A stretch of DNA of 64,000 nt from Fibrobacterales bacterium (GCA_051532055.1 JAOPTX010000023.1:80450-144449), one strand, 5' to 3'. Positions 1-11,027 are shown, numbered from the stretch's first letter. The notes: a model not told the origin generated them from the sequence alone. Numbers and translations: made by a program.

Positions 1-1997
1 ATGATATGATTCTCAATGTTCTCGATTCCACAAATCTTGAACGTAACCTCTATCTCACTACAGAACTATTAGAGCTCGATGCCAAAATGGTGTGCGCCCT
101 TAATATGAGTGATGAAGCAAAAAAAGAGAACATTCATATTGACGCCTCTCAGTTGAGTACCATTCTAGGCATACCTTGTCATAAAGTATCAGCAGCTACA
201 AAAGAAGGTATTGAACTTCTCATAAAAGAGATCGTATCAACATATACTGCTGAGAAAAAAGCGATGAAGGTAACCTATAGCGAAGCTATAGAGGAACAGT
301 TAGAAACAATCCAATCGTTTTTGGAATCAAAAAACACACAACTCCTTTCGGGAGGCTTTAATGTGTCCCACCGAAGAGCAGCAGTCCTTCTCTTACAAGA
401 AGACGCTGCGTTTTATAAAGTGATTCATGAACATCCTATATGGATTGAACTTTCTGATGTTTTAAAAAAATGTTTAAAACAAACCTACGATTTTCATGAC
501 ACAAAAGATATGCTCGAAATTTTTCATGAAGAACGCTATGCTTTTGCAAAGGGCGCTACCCTTGAGACTGTTAAAGTTGACGCAAAAATAGGAACGACTA
601 TAACTGAAAAGATTGACTCACTTTTAATTCACAAAGTGTTTGGTCTGTTTATTTTCCTAGGCTTTATGTACGGCCTTTTTGAAATCACCTTTACCCTTGG
701 CGCAGTTCCAATGGACTACATCGATGCCCTCTTCAGTTGGTTTGGTGACACTATCGGTGGAGTCATTACCAATGATGCAGTGAGATCCCTCATTGTAGAT
801 GGTATCATTGCTGGTGTTGGTGCCGTTGTAATGTTCTTACCCAACATCATTATCCTTTTTATCGGTATTGCTCTTTTAGAAAATACCGGGTATATGTCTC
901 GTGTAGCATTTTTGCTTGATGGTCTATTCCATAAATTTGGCCTTCATGGTAAGAGCTTTATCCCCCTTGTTGCTGGGTTTGGTTGTTCAGTACCTGCCTA
1001 CATGTCAGCACGTATATTAAAGAATGAAAAAGACCGCATCATTACCATGTTTATCATTGGATTCATGAGCTGCGGTGCGAAACTCCCCATTTTTGTGGTA
1101 TTCTGTGGAGCATTTTTCCCACAGGCACCAGGGCTTGCGCTCTTCCTCGTATACATATTAGGTATTCTCATTGGTCTTATTTCGGCAAAGATTTTAAAAA
1201 TAACAGCCTTTAAAGGTCAGGATGAACCATTTGTAATGGAAATGCCTAAATACAGAGCCCCATCCCTACGCCTTATGTGGAATATGGTTTCTGCAAAATC
1301 GTTTTCATATTTAAAAAAAGCTGGTACCTATATTCTAGCCGCTTCTATGATAATTTGGTTTGCAAGTAATTATCCTAAAAATTTAGATCTCATCGCACAA
1401 GCTCATTCAGTTGAAATAGCTATATCTGAAGATTATGCAAAACAGATCGTACTCTCTGCAGAGTTGATACATCAACAAGGTATAGCTGATACTGCTATTA
1501 CTCAAGAGCACACAATCAAAGAAATTGAGGCAGCAACTAAAGAACTAGAAGCTACACGTGATGGATTAATTGCCGAGAACAATTACACCCTACAAAAATC
1601 TCAATTAGAAAAAAGTGCACTGGGAATTATTGGAAAGGCAACTAATTGGTTTTTTGAACCTCTCGGATTTGATTGGAGGCAGACCGTTGCTCTTGAGATG
1701 GGGCTCCTTGCAAAAGAAGTAGCAATTTCAACACTAGGAATTCTGTACGCATTAGGCGATGACGTTGATGCAGAGAACGAATCACTGCCAACCGTGCTCA
1801 AAAAAGAAGTACCAATGAATTCAGCAGTAGCATTTATGCTTTTTAGCTTGCTATACCTTCCTTGCCTCGCAGCAGTATCAGTATTTAAGAAAGAAGCTGG
1901 TGGATTTAAATATGTAGCATATCTATTCCTATTTACGACAGCAGTAGCATGGATTGTTGGATTTATAGGATACCATGTCACAAACATTTTTATATAA
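1..1997 (+). CDS. feoB: Ferrous iron transporter B, 5'-truncated by the window edge
   Basis: Begins mid G-domain (VLDSTNLERNLYL, ALNMSD, SA.TKEGI). Gate motifs GFGCSVPA, FMSCGAKLP and LYLPC. G1-G3 motifs lie upstream of the window. Confidence 0.96.
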   Translation, partial: DMILNVLDSTNLERNLYLTTELLELDAKMVCALNMSDEAKKENIHIDASQLSTILGIPCHKVSAATKEGIELLIKEIVSTYTAEKKAMKVTYSEAIEEQLETIQSFLESKNTQLLSGGFNVSHRRAAVLLLQEDAAFYKVIHEHPIWIELSDVLKKCLKQTYDFHDTKDMLEIFHEERYAFAKGATLETVKVDAKIGTTITEKIDSLLIHKVFGLFIFLGFMYGLFEITFTLGAVPMDYIDALFSWFGDTIGGVITNDAVRSLIVDGIIAGVGAVVMFLPNIIILFIGIALLENTGYMSRVAFLLDGLFHKFGLHGKSFIPLVAGFGCSVPAYMSARILKNEKDRIITMFIIGFMSCGAKLPIFVVFCGAFFPQAPGLALFLVYILGILIGLISAKILKITAFKGQDEPFVMEMPKYRAPSLRLMWNMVSAKSFSYLKKAGTYILAASMIIWFASNYPKNLDLIAQAHSVEIAISEDYAKQIVLSAELIHQQGIADTAITQEHTIKEIEAATKELEATRDGLIAENNYTLQKSQLEKSALGIIGKATNWFFEPLGFDWRQTVALEMGLLAKEVAISTLGILYALGDDVDAENESLPTVLKKEVPMNSAVAFMLFSLLYLPCLAAVSVFKKEAGGFKYVAYLFLFTTAVAWIVGFIGYHVTNIFI

Positions 1998-2014
1998 CAT
2001 ACCAATTACAAGGC

Positions 2015-2035
2015 GGGCTCTTCTGAGCCCTTTTT
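2015..2035 (+). terminator. Intrinsic terminator after feoB
   Basis: GGGCTC-TTCT-GAGCCC followed by TTTTT. Confidence 0.8.
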
Positions 2036-2047
2036 AATACACGCCCT

Positions 2048-2064
2048 TTGAGACTAAGACTCAA
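2048..2064. promoter_or_regulatory. Palindromic, Fur-like operator
   Basis: TTGAGACT-A-AGACTCAA, 7 of 8 arm positions complementary. Resembles TTGAGAAT-N-ATTCTCAA type Fur boxes and lies next to feoB. Confidence 0.5.
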
Positions 2065-2079
2065 TTTTATGGAGACACT

Positions 2080-2208
2080 ATGCAACGATATAGACAAATA
2101 GGCCTACGCGCGTTTTTTAACACCATGAATGAATACCGTACTCCCTTACCCAAACATCCAATAAAAAAAAGTCAAAATATAGACAGAGGATATACCGATG
2201 GACAATAA
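2080..2208 (+). CDS. Small basic hypothetical protein (42 aa), not in the ORF track
   Basis: GGAG at 2071, ATG at 2080. MQRYRQIGLRAFFNTMNEYRTPLPKHPIKKSQNIDRGYTDGQ*. Overlaps the next start by 11 nt. Confidence 0.4.
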   Translation: MQRYRQIGLRAFFNTMNEYRTPLPKHPIKKSQNIDRGYTDGQ

Positions 2209-2863
2209 GCCTTGGACACTAATAGTATTCTGCTTAACCACATTTACAGCATCCCTTTTAGCACAAAATAAACCCTTTTCTGCATCAGTAGAACTCATAC
2301 GTGACTTCGCTCTAACCGCGGATGAACAGCCCATTGAAAACACAATTGCTATTGAAACAGACAGAGCTTCTGTTACCTTCGGTATAGAAAATATATACTA
2401 CGGATCTGCATCAACACCTTCGGCAACATCTGATGAGATTAACCTTTATGCCGGTATAGCATTGGGAGAGCATATCACAACTACACTTTTACAAAGGCTT
2501 TTCCTAGAAGACACCGGAGAACTCAATACAAATCTCAGTGGTGGTGGGATCGTGAGTCTTGGGTTTGAATCATTTATCAATATCACTGACGATAATGAAT
2601 TCACGGTGACCTATACAGACCCTACATGGGAATACTTAAATACCCTCCTTTTAGAATACCCACTTTATGAGTCAGGCGCTCTGAGTGCAGGTTTAGGTGT
2701 CGAAAATGAACTCATTCTTGCAAAGGATAGTGATGCTGTAAATGGAACTCTCTTCTTTGTGAGCGTAGGATATGAATCGGTTGCACTGACCGGTGGATAC
2801 ATTATAGAGGCCGCACCTGAAGTTGCCCACTCCTTAGAATTTGGATTAACTTTTGAATTATAA
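2198..2863 (+). CDS. Exported acidic protein, probable small outer-membrane beta-barrel
   Basis: Signal peptide (..ASLLA-Q), alternating hydrophobic strands, C-terminus LEFGLTFEL, GAGGA RBS. Confidence 0.55.
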   Translation: MDNKPWTLIVFCLTTFTASLLAQNKPFSASVELIRDFALTADEQPIENTIAIETDRASVTFGIENIYYGSASTPSATSDEINLYAGIALGEHITTTLLQRLFLEDTGELNTNLSGGGIVSLGFESFINITDDNEFTVTYTDPTWEYLNTLLLEYPLYESGALSAGLGVENELILAKDSDAVNGTLFFVSVGYESVALTGGYIIEAAPEVAHSLEFGLTFEL

Positions 2864-2940
2864 ATAACAGAAGAAAAGTGTCATTGACTCCCCACCTTTT
2901 TCAAGACACTCCCTCATCCTACACCAATAAGAGGCATATC

Positions 2941-3378
2941 ATGTTTAACAGTAAAATTATTGCAACAAAAGAGACCATTGGATCAATCTGCTTTGAATCA
3001 GAGTGGGCAACACTTTCATGTGGCCGTACAACACTTCGATTTACCGAAGTAGAGTTTAAGTACCTTTCGACACTCGCTGCAGATACACTTACGAACATTA
3101 GCTGTGAGAGTCACACTGAATCTCTTATGAGTAAAAAAGAAGGGTTTGGCAAAATACTTCGGTTCAGTGATCGGTGGTATAAATTTATTTTTCTCAATAC
3201 CAGTATCATGCTCACAAAAGAGAAAGCACTTCTCCTTTGTGAGATGATTCTTGATGGATGGAATACCTTAAACCCAGATGCTCCATTATACAAAACCCCT
3301 AGTAGTTCCCCTCTTGATGATGATATTATTGAGTTGATTGAGTTAATAGAAAATCAATGGGGAGGTTCATTAACATAA
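2941..3378 (+). CDS. Hypothetical protein
   Basis: ORF track gives 2878..3378. The ATG at 2941 preceded by GAGG is the likelier start. No family recognised. Confidence 0.6.
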   Translation: MFNSKIIATKETIGSICFESEWATLSCGRTTLRFTEVEFKYLSTLAADTLTNISCESHTESLMSKKEGFGKILRFSDRWYKFIFLNTSIMLTKEKALLLCEMILDGWNTLNPDAPLYKTPSSSPLDDDIIELIELIENQWGGSLT

Positions 3379-3455
3379 CCCTACTTTTATGCTCAATTTC
3401 CCCTAAAAACAATAATTTTACAAGTCGATACTCATGGTTAGGTTTCTCCTTTTTA

Positions 3456-3497
3456 TTGATCCATATCAACTACAGATTGAGGCGAAAATAGTATCTT
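3456..3497 (+). promoter_or_regulatory. FNR/Crp-family box with class II promoter geometry
   Basis: Perfect TTGAT-CCAT-ATCAA at 3456-3469. TATCTT -10 candidate at 3492-3497 places the box centre at about -41.5. Confidence 0.8.
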
Positions 3498-3560
3498 TGT
3501 GGCCAAGGTACAAAACCTTATATACCATGCAGACACACATTCAAGAAGAGAACCACACCT

Positions 3561-4838
3561 ATGAATAAAACTAAAAACAGATGGCTCATTGCCCTCTCAG
3601 CAGTTGGAATACACATATCAATTGGATCAGTATACGCCTATAGTGTAATGGTACTTCCCTTAAACCAACTCAATGGGTGGTCTAAAGCAGACATCAGTAC
3701 TGCCTTTAGTATCGCAATTCTGTTTCTTGGACTCTCTGCAGCATTTCTTGGAAGTTTTGTTGAAAAGAAAGGTCCTCGTATTTCGGGAATGGTGGCCGGC
3801 GCCTGTTATGCCCTCGGTACTGCTGGAGCAGGACTTGGAATTTACCTCAACTCACTTCCTCTCTTTATTGCAGCCTATGGAGCACTCGGTGGCATCGGAC
3901 TTGGCTTAGGCTACATCACACCCGTTTCAACCCTTGTAAAATGGTTTCCCGATCGTCGTGGACTTGCAACAGGCATGGCCATCATGGGCTTTGGTTTTGC
4001 TGCTATGATTTTTGGTCCCCTTATGACTTACCTTTTTTCAAGCATTGGTATTCCATCAACTTTCTGGGTTCTTGCTGTTGTATATGGCGTTGTCATTATT
4101 GCCTCTGCTCAATACATAGCGCCTCCACCCAAAGGATGGACACCTGAAGGATTTGATCCAGATAATACAACCTCTTCAAAAATTACTAAAAAAGATCTTG
4201 CCCAATTGACCGCTCCTGAATCTCTTAAGACGAGACGGTTCTACTACATGTGGATTATGCTTTTCATCAACATCACTTGTGGCATTGCTCTTATCTCGGT
4301 AGCATCACCAATGGCGCAAGACAGCATTGGTATGACCGCAATGCAAGCAGCATCAATGGTTGGCCTCATGGGCCTCTTTAATGGGCTTGGTCGTATCGGC
4401 TGGGCAACACTCTCTGACAAAATTGGCCGCCCCTACACCTACACTACTTTTTTCCTCATACAGATTGCAGCCTTCTTAGTGCTGCCTTATGCAACTTCAG
4501 CTCTCACGTTTCAATGCATTATCTTTTTGATCATTAGTTGCTATGGTGGTGGATTCTCATCAGTCCCTGCCTTTCTTGGCGACCTCTTTGGCACTAAACA
4601 GCTTAGCGCTATCCATGGATATATTCTCACCGCATGGGCAGCTGCTGGTCTTGCAGGTCCGACTATTGCATCAAGAGTGCGAGAGATGACAGGGAGCTAT
4701 GATCAGACTCTTCAGATTTTCGTTGGATTTTTCATTGTAGCATTTGCAGTATCCATTTTAATGAAAATGAATATCAAGAAAAAAGAAAAACAGATTTTAA
4801 CAACTGACAAAGAAGTGGCAGAGCTCTGCGACGTATAA
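3561..4838 (+). CDS. MFS transporter, oxalate/formate antiporter (OFA, YhjX-like) family
   Basis: About 12 TM segments. NRWLIA..AVGIHISIGSVYA, KWFPDRRGLATG and CYGGGFS..PA motifs. Confidence 0.9.
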   Translation: MNKTKNRWLIALSAVGIHISIGSVYAYSVMVLPLNQLNGWSKADISTAFSIAILFLGLSAAFLGSFVEKKGPRISGMVAGACYALGTAGAGLGIYLNSLPLFIAAYGALGGIGLGLGYITPVSTLVKWFPDRRGLATGMAIMGFGFAAMIFGPLMTYLFSSIGIPSTFWVLAVVYGVVIIASAQYIAPPPKGWTPEGFDPDNTTSSKITKKDLAQLTAPESLKTRRFYYMWIMLFINITCGIALISVASPMAQDSIGMTAMQAASMVGLMGLFNGLGRIGWATLSDKIGRPYTYTTFFLIQIAAFLVLPYATSALTFQCIIFLIISCYGGGFSSVPAFLGDLFGTKQLSAIHGYILTAWAAAGLAGPTIASRVREMTGSYDQTLQIFVGFFIVAFAVSILMKMNIKKKEKQILTTDKEVAELCDV

Positions 4839-4854
4839 ATAAGGAACGAAAATT

Positions 4855-7092
4855 ATGAGTACACAAACAACACTTCCCCCATTTAAAACTGGCGCATGGA
4901 ACGATACCATTGACGTCCGTGACTTTATTCAACAGAACTACACTCCTTACGATGGGGATGCTACTTTTTTAGTTTCTCCCACTGAGTCTACGAAAAAGCT
5001 TTGGGATCAAGTTTCGGCATTATTAGGTGAAGAACAAAAGAAAGGGATACTGGATGCAGATACCTCCATTATTTCATCAATCATCTCTCACCAAGCAGGG
5101 TATATTGATCAATCTCTCGAAAAAATTGTAGGACTACAAACCGACAAACCTCTCAAGCGTTCACTTATGCCTTATGGCGGCATTCGCCTTGCAGCAGGAT
5201 CACTCGAAGCCTATGGCTATAAAATCGACCCATCTGTTGAAAAAATATTCTCAACTTACCGTAAAACACATAATGAAGGAGTCTTTGAAGCGTATGATGC
5301 TGAGATGCTTGCCATTAGAAAATCAGGTATAATTACAGGACTTCCCGATGCCTATGGCCGTGGCCGTATTATTGGTGACTATCGTCGTATAGCACTCTAC
5401 GGAGTTGATGCACTTATTGCAGAAAAAAAATCTGTTTCTAAAAATGAACTTTCAAAAGATTATGCCAACAGCGAATCAATACGTGAACGAGAAGAGTTTG
5501 CTGAGCAAGCTAAGGCATTAGTTGAACTCAAAGAGATGGGCACTACCTATGGTTTTGATATTGGGCGCCCTGCAGAGAATGCAATTGAAGCAGTTCAGTG
5601 GACTTATTTAGGCTATCTTGCAGCAATTAAAGAACAAAATGGTGCGGCTATGTCTATAGGCCGTGTCTCAACCTTTTTCGATATCTATTTTAAACGAGAC
5701 ATTGAAGCAGGGCTCTTAACTGAAGATGATGCACAAGAGATTGTCGATCACTTTGTAATGAAACTTCGTATTGTTAAATTCCTCAGACCTCCAGCATATA
5801 ACGAACTCTTCTCCGGTGACCCAACATGGGTTACTGAAGCAATTGGAGGAGTAAGTGAAAACGGAAAACATTTAGTAACCAAGACAAGTTACCGAATCCT
5901 CCACACCCTCTATAACCTTGGTCCAGCACCAGAACCCAACCTCACAGTTCTCTGGTCTCATAGCCTTCCACAACACTTCAAAGAATTTTGTGCTAAAGTA
6001 TCAATTGACACAAGCTCTATTCAGTACGAAAGTGATGACCTCATGCGCCCTTACTGGGGTGATGACTATGGTATCGCATGTTGTGTATCAGCTATGCGTA
6101 TCGGTAAACAAATGCAGTTTTTTGGTGCCCGTGCCAACCTTGCAAAAGCACTTCTCTATGCAATTAATGGTGGTAGAGATGAAGTCAGTGGCGCACAAGT
6201 CGGTCCTAAAATGGAACCCGTTACGAGTGACATACTTAACTTTGATGAAGTACGGGACAAGCTTGATGTGATGCTCGACTGGTTAGCTGAGACCTATATT
6301 AAAACATTGAATGTCATTCACTTTATGCACGACAAATACGCCTATGAACGCCTTCAAATGGCACTCCATCAACGTGAAGTTCTCCGTACAATGGCGACAG
6401 GCATCGCAGGTCTTTCTGTTGCAGTGGATTCACTCTCTGCTATTAAACATGCAACCGTTTCAGTTGTGAGAGACGAATCTGGTCTTGCCACTTCATTTAA
6501 TATCGATGGCGAATACCCCGCTTATGGTAATAATGACGACCGTGTTGATTCTATTGCCGTTAAACTTGTTGAATCATTCATGAGTAAACTCCGATTACAA
6601 GAAACATACCGTAACTCTGAGCCAACACTCTCTGTCTTAACCATAACCTCTAATGTTGTGTATGGAAAAAAGACTGGTGACACACCTGATGGGCGCAAAA
6701 AGGGTGAACCTTTTGCTCCAGGCGCAAATCCAATGAATAACCGAGATACTAAAGGGGCACTTGCCTCCCTCATGTCTGTAGCAAAGATCCCCTACAAAGA
6801 TGCACAAGATGGCATTAGTTATACCTTTTCGATTATTCCAAAGGCACTTGGTAAAGACGATACCTGTAAAGTAACTAACCTTGTTGGTCTTCTTGATGGA
6901 TATTTTGCTCAAAATGGACACCACCTCAATGTAAATGTATTTGAGCGTGAACTCCTTCTTGATGCAATGAAACACCCAGAAAAATATCCACAATTAACCG
7001 TACGAGTATCCGGATACGCTGTGAACTTTGTTAAACTTAATGAAGAGCAACAGCTCGACGTAATCAACAGAACCTTTCACAATTTTTGTTAA
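4855..7092 (+). CDS. pflB: Pyruvate formate-lyase (formate C-acetyltransferase)
   Basis: [17 protein letters not shown], active-site IACCVS, glycyl-radical loop RVSGYAV. Confidence 0.98.
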   Translation: MSTQTTLPPFKTGAWNDTIDVRDFIQQNYTPYDGDATFLVSPTESTKKLWDQVSALLGEEQKKGILDADTSIISSIISHQAGYIDQSLEKIVGLQTDKPLKRSLMPYGGIRLAAGSLEAYGYKIDPSVEKIFSTYRKTHNEGVFEAYDAEMLAIRKSGIITGLPDAYGRGRIIGDYRRIALYGVDALIAEKKSVSKNELSKDYANSESIREREEFAEQAKALVELKEMGTTYGFDIGRPAENAIEAVQWTYLGYLAAIKEQNGAAMSIGRVSTFFDIYFKRDIEAGLLTEDDAQEIVDHFVMKLRIVKFLRPPAYNELFSGDPTWVTEAIGGVSENGKHLVTKTSYRILHTLYNLGPAPEPNLTVLWSHSLPQHFKEFCAKVSIDTSSIQYESDDLMRPYWGDDYGIACCVSAMRIGKQMQFFGARANLAKALLYAINGGRDEVSGAQVGPKMEPVTSDILNFDEVRDKLDVMLDWLAETYIKTLNVIHFMHDKYAYERLQMALHQREVLRTMATGIAGLSVAVDSLSAIKHATVSVVRDESGLATSFNIDGEYPAYGNNDDRVDSIAVKLVESFMSKLRLQETYRNSEPTLSVLTITSNVVYGKKTGDTPDGRKKGEPFAPGANPMNNRDTKGALASLMSVAKIPYKDAQDGISYTFSIIPKALGKDDTCKVTNLVGLLDGYFAQNGHHLNVNVFERELLLDAMKHPEKYPQLTVRVSGYAVNFVKLNEEQQLDVINRTFHNFC

Positions 7093-7821
7093 ATGGCACA
7101 TACCGGTTATATACATTCAGTAGAAACTTTTGGAACACTCGATGGGCCTGGTATTCGCTATGTCCTATTTCTGCAAGGGTGTCATCTTCGATGCCTCTAC
7201 TGCCACAATCCCGACAGTCAAGAAATGAAAACAGGTTCACTCCTTACTACTGAATCAGCTTTCAATGAAATAATAAAATATAAAAGTTTCTATACTAATG
7301 GCGGTGTCACCTTTACGGGTGGAGAGCCGCTCTTGCAAAGCTCTTTTATTATCGAACTCGCCACCATGCTTAAAGAAGCAGGAATTAAAACGGCACTCGA
7401 CACCTCTGGGTCACTATGGGGAAATCGCGTGCGGGAAGCACTCAACGCGGTAGATCTCGTATTACTCGACTGTAAAGGATATTCTTCAGAGCACTTTACT
7501 ACTATGACCGAAGTGAATAAAGGATATTACTTTTTTGAAACACTCGATCATCTCGAAGAAATTGGCAAAAAAAGCTGGGTACGATTTGTCTTGGTCCCCG
7601 GCTATACCGATGACCTAAAGGCAATAGAAGAACTTGCCCAACGTTTGATGTACTATGCCTACATTGAATATGTAGAAATCCTCCCATTCCACAACCTAGG
7701 TAAGGAGAAATGGGAACAAATTGGAAGATCTTGGCCTTTAGAAGAATGCCCACTTCCGACTCAAGAGCTTATGCAACAAGTACAAGAGATATTTATCAGT
7801 AAAGGTCTGCGACTTAAATAA
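7093..7821 (+). CDS. pflA: PFL-activating enzyme (radical SAM)
   Basis: ETFGTLDGPGIR, CxxxCxxC (CHLRCLYC), GGEPLLQ. Abuts the pflB stop. Confidence 0.96.
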   Translation: MAHTGYIHSVETFGTLDGPGIRYVLFLQGCHLRCLYCHNPDSQEMKTGSLLTTESAFNEIIKYKSFYTNGGVTFTGGEPLLQSSFIIELATMLKEAGIKTALDTSGSLWGNRVREALNAVDLVLLDCKGYSSEHFTTMTEVNKGYYFFETLDHLEEIGKKSWVRFVLVPGYTDDLKAIEELAQRLMYYAYIEYVEILPFHNLGKEKWEQIGRSWPLEECPLPTQELMQQVQEIFISKGLRLK

Positions 7822-7929
7822 TAAGGCTTCCATTTATGAACATTAAAAAGCTCAATAAAATCATGGTACTTCTGAGAGTCATTGCACTCGTCATTATTTG
7901 TGTAATGATATATAACGCTCTTGATTATT

Positions 7930-8916
7930 TTAAATAAGATATTTACACAAAGTCCTACCAAGCCCTTGAAGCAGCTCAGAAGTCTCATTATCAAGGAGAT
8001 GCTCTTGAGATTCACACCCAAGCATTATCACCCCCTTTTGAGTATTCCCAATTGAGACAGGGATACCAAAAAGTACCGACACCCCTAGGGTATCTAACTC
8101 TTTATGATAGATACCCGGCGCCCCCTCGTGTATAAGAGTCGCAAACTGAATGTTATAAATGTTTTTTAAAAAGGCACTCCCACTTAAGTAAGCCTGATCC
8201 TCAAACCCATAATGCTTTGAGCGATCAAACATCTCTTTTTCATTTTCAAAATCTCTAAAAAAACTGAATTTAAGGTCGAGTTCTCTTGTGAGTGTATTCA
8301 ATAATTTTTGGGTAAAAATATCAGGATCAGATTCCACATAGAGAGAATTAATAATCCGCAACAAACCTGACTGATGTTGAATTCTTTTCTCATATCGTTC
8401 TTTTTGAATTTGACTCCAAATTGCAAGTGATGCATGCCCCGAAAGAACATCAAGTAGCTCAAGAACACTATTCTCCAACTCAGTCTCTTCAGGGACTCGA
8501 GCCTTAATGATATACCCTCCAATACTTTCATCATGAGCAAAGAGCGGCACTACAAGTGACACTATCCCATGTTCATGAACTACCTGAGGAAACTGTACAC
8601 CATCTTCTAAAATAGTGAGAAGGTAGTCGAGTTCATTTTGATTTTCGGTATCAATATCATTCTTTTCAAAAAGAAGAGTCAATTTATTTGCACCATCAAA
8701 AAGATAGACCCTAGCAGTCGTAATATCGAGAAAGGTCTCTGCAACACTATTGAGTACATAAGCGATCTCTTTGATATTTCGTGTGCTATGAATTTTTTTT
8801 GAGAGATACTGTACCTTTAGATATTCATCGAGATTCTCTTTAAGCTTGCCCAGCTCTTTATCATCTTTACGCCTGAAATTGGCATTACGCCGTTCAGTAA
8901 ATGGTATATCTTTCAT
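7930..8916 (-). CDS. GAF-domain protein (probably two GAF-like domains, no output domain)
   Basis: SLVVPLFAHDESIGGY..ELLDVLSGHASLAI and LFGIPVSIGNTQKGVIML..ELLQGLGR. Start overlaps the HDOD stop by 1 nt. Confidence 0.7.
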   Translation of the reverse strand: MKDIPFTERRNANFRRKDDKELGKLKENLDEYLKVQYLSKKIHSTRNIKEIAYVLNSVAETFLDITTARVYLFDGANKLTLLFEKNDIDTENQNELDYLLTILEDGVQFPQVVHEHGIVSLVVPLFAHDESIGGYIIKARVPEETELENSVLELLDVLSGHASLAIWSQIQKERYEKRIQHQSGLLRIINSLYVESDPDIFTQKLLNTLTRELDLKFSFFRDFENEKEMFDRSKHYGFEDQAYLSGSAFLKNIYNIQFATLIHEGAPGIYHKELDTLGVSVLFGIPVSIGNTQKGVIMLGCESQEHLLDNETSELLQGLGRTLCKYLI

Positions 8917-9821
8917 TAGTTTATCAACTCCCCAATAAATGACGATGAGCGTTCTATCTCTTCTAATATTTCTTCTTTAAAGAATTCAAGATCAATCTCT
9001 TCTATACCTAAATTGATATCATGAGCAAAATCCCAAAATTGTTCTTCAACTTCTGGTGCCTTGTTATTACCACTACTTCCAAGTTCACATTGCTGGCAGA
9101 GGATATTGGCTAAATACACACTCGCGACAAGCTCTTTATGCATAGGCGCATACCACGGATGGTGATGATGACGCATAATTTGTGAAACAGCATCCGGGAG
9201 CTTCCATTTTTTACCGAGCCAAAAACCGATCACCCCATGATGAACACCAAAATAGCGTTGTTCTTCATCAAAAAGAAGACGTCCACTCTCTGATGCTTTT
9301 GCCAGAATCACATCAAAATCCTTGGGCATGTACTGAACCAAAACCACTTTACCAAGGTCATGAAGAAGACCACCTAAAAATGCTTCATTTGCACCTGATG
9401 GATAGAGTCGCTGTGCAATAATTTTTGCTGCCATACCAACACTTGCCGAATGCTCCCAAAAGCTTGAAAGGTCAAATGAGGTCTCTGCTTTCGCTCTTTT
9501 AAAATAATTAAGTACCGAGACACTGAGGGTCACTTCCTTAACTGACTCAAAACCCAAGATCACAATTGCCATATTGACCGTTGTCACTTCATGCTTCAAT
9601 CCATAATATGCAGAGTTACACATTTTAAGAAGCTTAGCGGTGAGTACTTGGTCATCAGAAATGAGTTCACCAAGCATTTTAGCTGATGTCTTAGGATTAT
9701 CAACGACTTCAATTAGTTTTGCAGCAATGGTAGGAAGTGTCGGAAGACTCAATATTGAGTTGGTCACCTTTCGTAAATGTTCCGCTTTTGCAAAGAGCTC
9801 TTGGTGTGTCGGTTCACTCAT
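8916..9821 (-). CDS. HDOD domain protein
   Basis: LPTLP, D..LTAKLLKMCNSAYYG, FWEHS, GLLHDLGK, W.LP..V...M.HHH.P. Confidence 0.93.
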   Translation of the reverse strand: MSEPTHQELFAKAEHLRKVTNSILSLPTLPTIAAKLIEVVDNPKTSAKMLGELISDDQVLTAKLLKMCNSAYYGLKHEVTTVNMAIVILGFESVKEVTLSVSVLNYFKRAKAETSFDLSSFWEHSASVGMAAKIIAQRLYPSGANEAFLGGLLHDLGKVVLVQYMPKDFDVILAKASESGRLLFDEEQRYFGVHHGVIGFWLGKKWKLPDAVSQIMRHHHHPWYAPMHKELVASVYLANILCQQCELGSSGNNKAPEVEEQFWDFAHDINLGIEEIDLEFFKEEILEEIERSSSFIGELIN

Positions 9822-10138
9822 TATGCATACCCATCAAAAAAATTTCCACCCATATATTTTCGCGCTTTCTTTGACTTACTTTTATTGTTATCGGTTTTTT
9901 CACCAGTACCTTCAGGAGTATGTCGCTTTTTTCCCTCTTCATTTTTAGGATCCATAGGATCTTTCTCTTCCATCTCTTGCGCTTCCTGCATCTTCTGCTC
10001 TTCAGCATCACGTTGAGCTTTGCGCGCAGAAAGTTCATCAGCAATTTGTTTTGATGCTTCATGAGATTTTAATTCGGAAGTCATTTGTGACCGGTCAGTA
10101 TTGTCTTGATTCTGCATGGGATTGAGTGGAGTACTCAT
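9821..10138 (-). CDS. Small hydrophilic hypothetical protein coupled to fliA
   Basis: ATGA overlap with the fliA stop and 1-nt overlap with the HDOD start. Charged sequence ending GGNFFDGYA. Confidence 0.7.
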   Translation of the reverse strand: MSTPLNPMQNQDNTDRSQMTSELKSHEASKQIADELSARKAQRDAEEQKMQEAQEMEEKDPMDPKNEEGKKRHTPEGTGEKTDNNKSKSKKARKYMGGNFFDGYA

Positions 10139-10899
10139 GCATTAATCCTGCTGACGAGGCGGCCCCTTAATTTGATCATTGCTTTTGAATGAATTTGTGA
10201 AACACGAGATTCAGTAATGCCGAGTACTTGACCTATCTCTTTAAGAGTCAGTTCTTCGTAGTGATAGAGAGCAACAACGAGTTTCTCTTTCTCAGGCAGG
10301 GTACCAATAGTATCTTTTAAAATCCGTTTAACTTCTTGATAACCCAGTTGTTTCAATGGGTCAGCACCATCGGGGTCTTCTATGGTATCAATAACAGAAA
10401 GTGATTTGGAATCACCACCTCTATCTGGTAATGAATCTTCTAACGAGATAATTGTTGCTGGTGCAACTTCACTTAACATCCCTTCAAATTCACCCATCGA
10501 TACACCAAGCTCTGCAGCTACTTCATCATCATAGGGCATCCTACCAAACTTATGCTCTAACTTCGCATAGACATTCTGTAGCTTTTTAGATTTTTGTCGA
10601 ATAGATCGAGGAACCCAGTCTAGGGCACGAAGCTCATCGAGAATAGCTCCTCTAATTTTATGTGTTGCAAAGGTTTCAAATTTAAAACCAAGACTGAGAT
10701 CAAAAGTTTCAACTGCCTTAATGAGCCCCACAATTCCAGAACCATAGAGGTCACCAATCTCTACTGATTTGGGTAAATTAATGGCAATCCGTTGTGCGGT
10801 ATATTTTACCAACGAAGTATACTCGGCCAGCAACTTATCTTTTGCGGTCTTTTTACCTTGTTCTTTATACTCTTTCCAAAGCGCGTCTAAATCCGGCAC
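10135..10899 (-). CDS. fliA: RNA polymerase sigma-28 (FliA/WhiG)
   Basis: KFETFATHKIRGAILDELRALDWVPRS and YEELTLKEIGQVLGITESRVSQIH. GTG start with AAGGA RBS. Confidence 0.97.
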   Translation of the reverse strand: MPDLDALWKEYKEQGKKTAKDKLLAEYTSLVKYTAQRIAINLPKSVEIGDLYGSGIVGLIKAVETFDLSLGFKFETFATHKIRGAILDELRALDWVPRSIRQKSKKLQNVYAKLEHKFGRMPYDDEVAAELGVSMGEFEGMLSEVAPATIISLEDSLPDRGGDSKSLSVIDTIEDPDGADPLKQLGYQEVKRILKDTIGTLPEKEKLVVALYHYEELTLKEIGQVLGITESRVSQIHSKAMIKLRGRLVSRINA

Positions 10900-11027
10900 A
10901 CAGTTCCTTTAACGTTTACCTAAAGGTCAATTCCTATCTCTTCAAGTAGCTTTCTATAGTTTAATAAATACTTAATTCTATCATACAATTCACTAATTTT
11001 GTATAACTAAATCAATTAAAATGGCTT

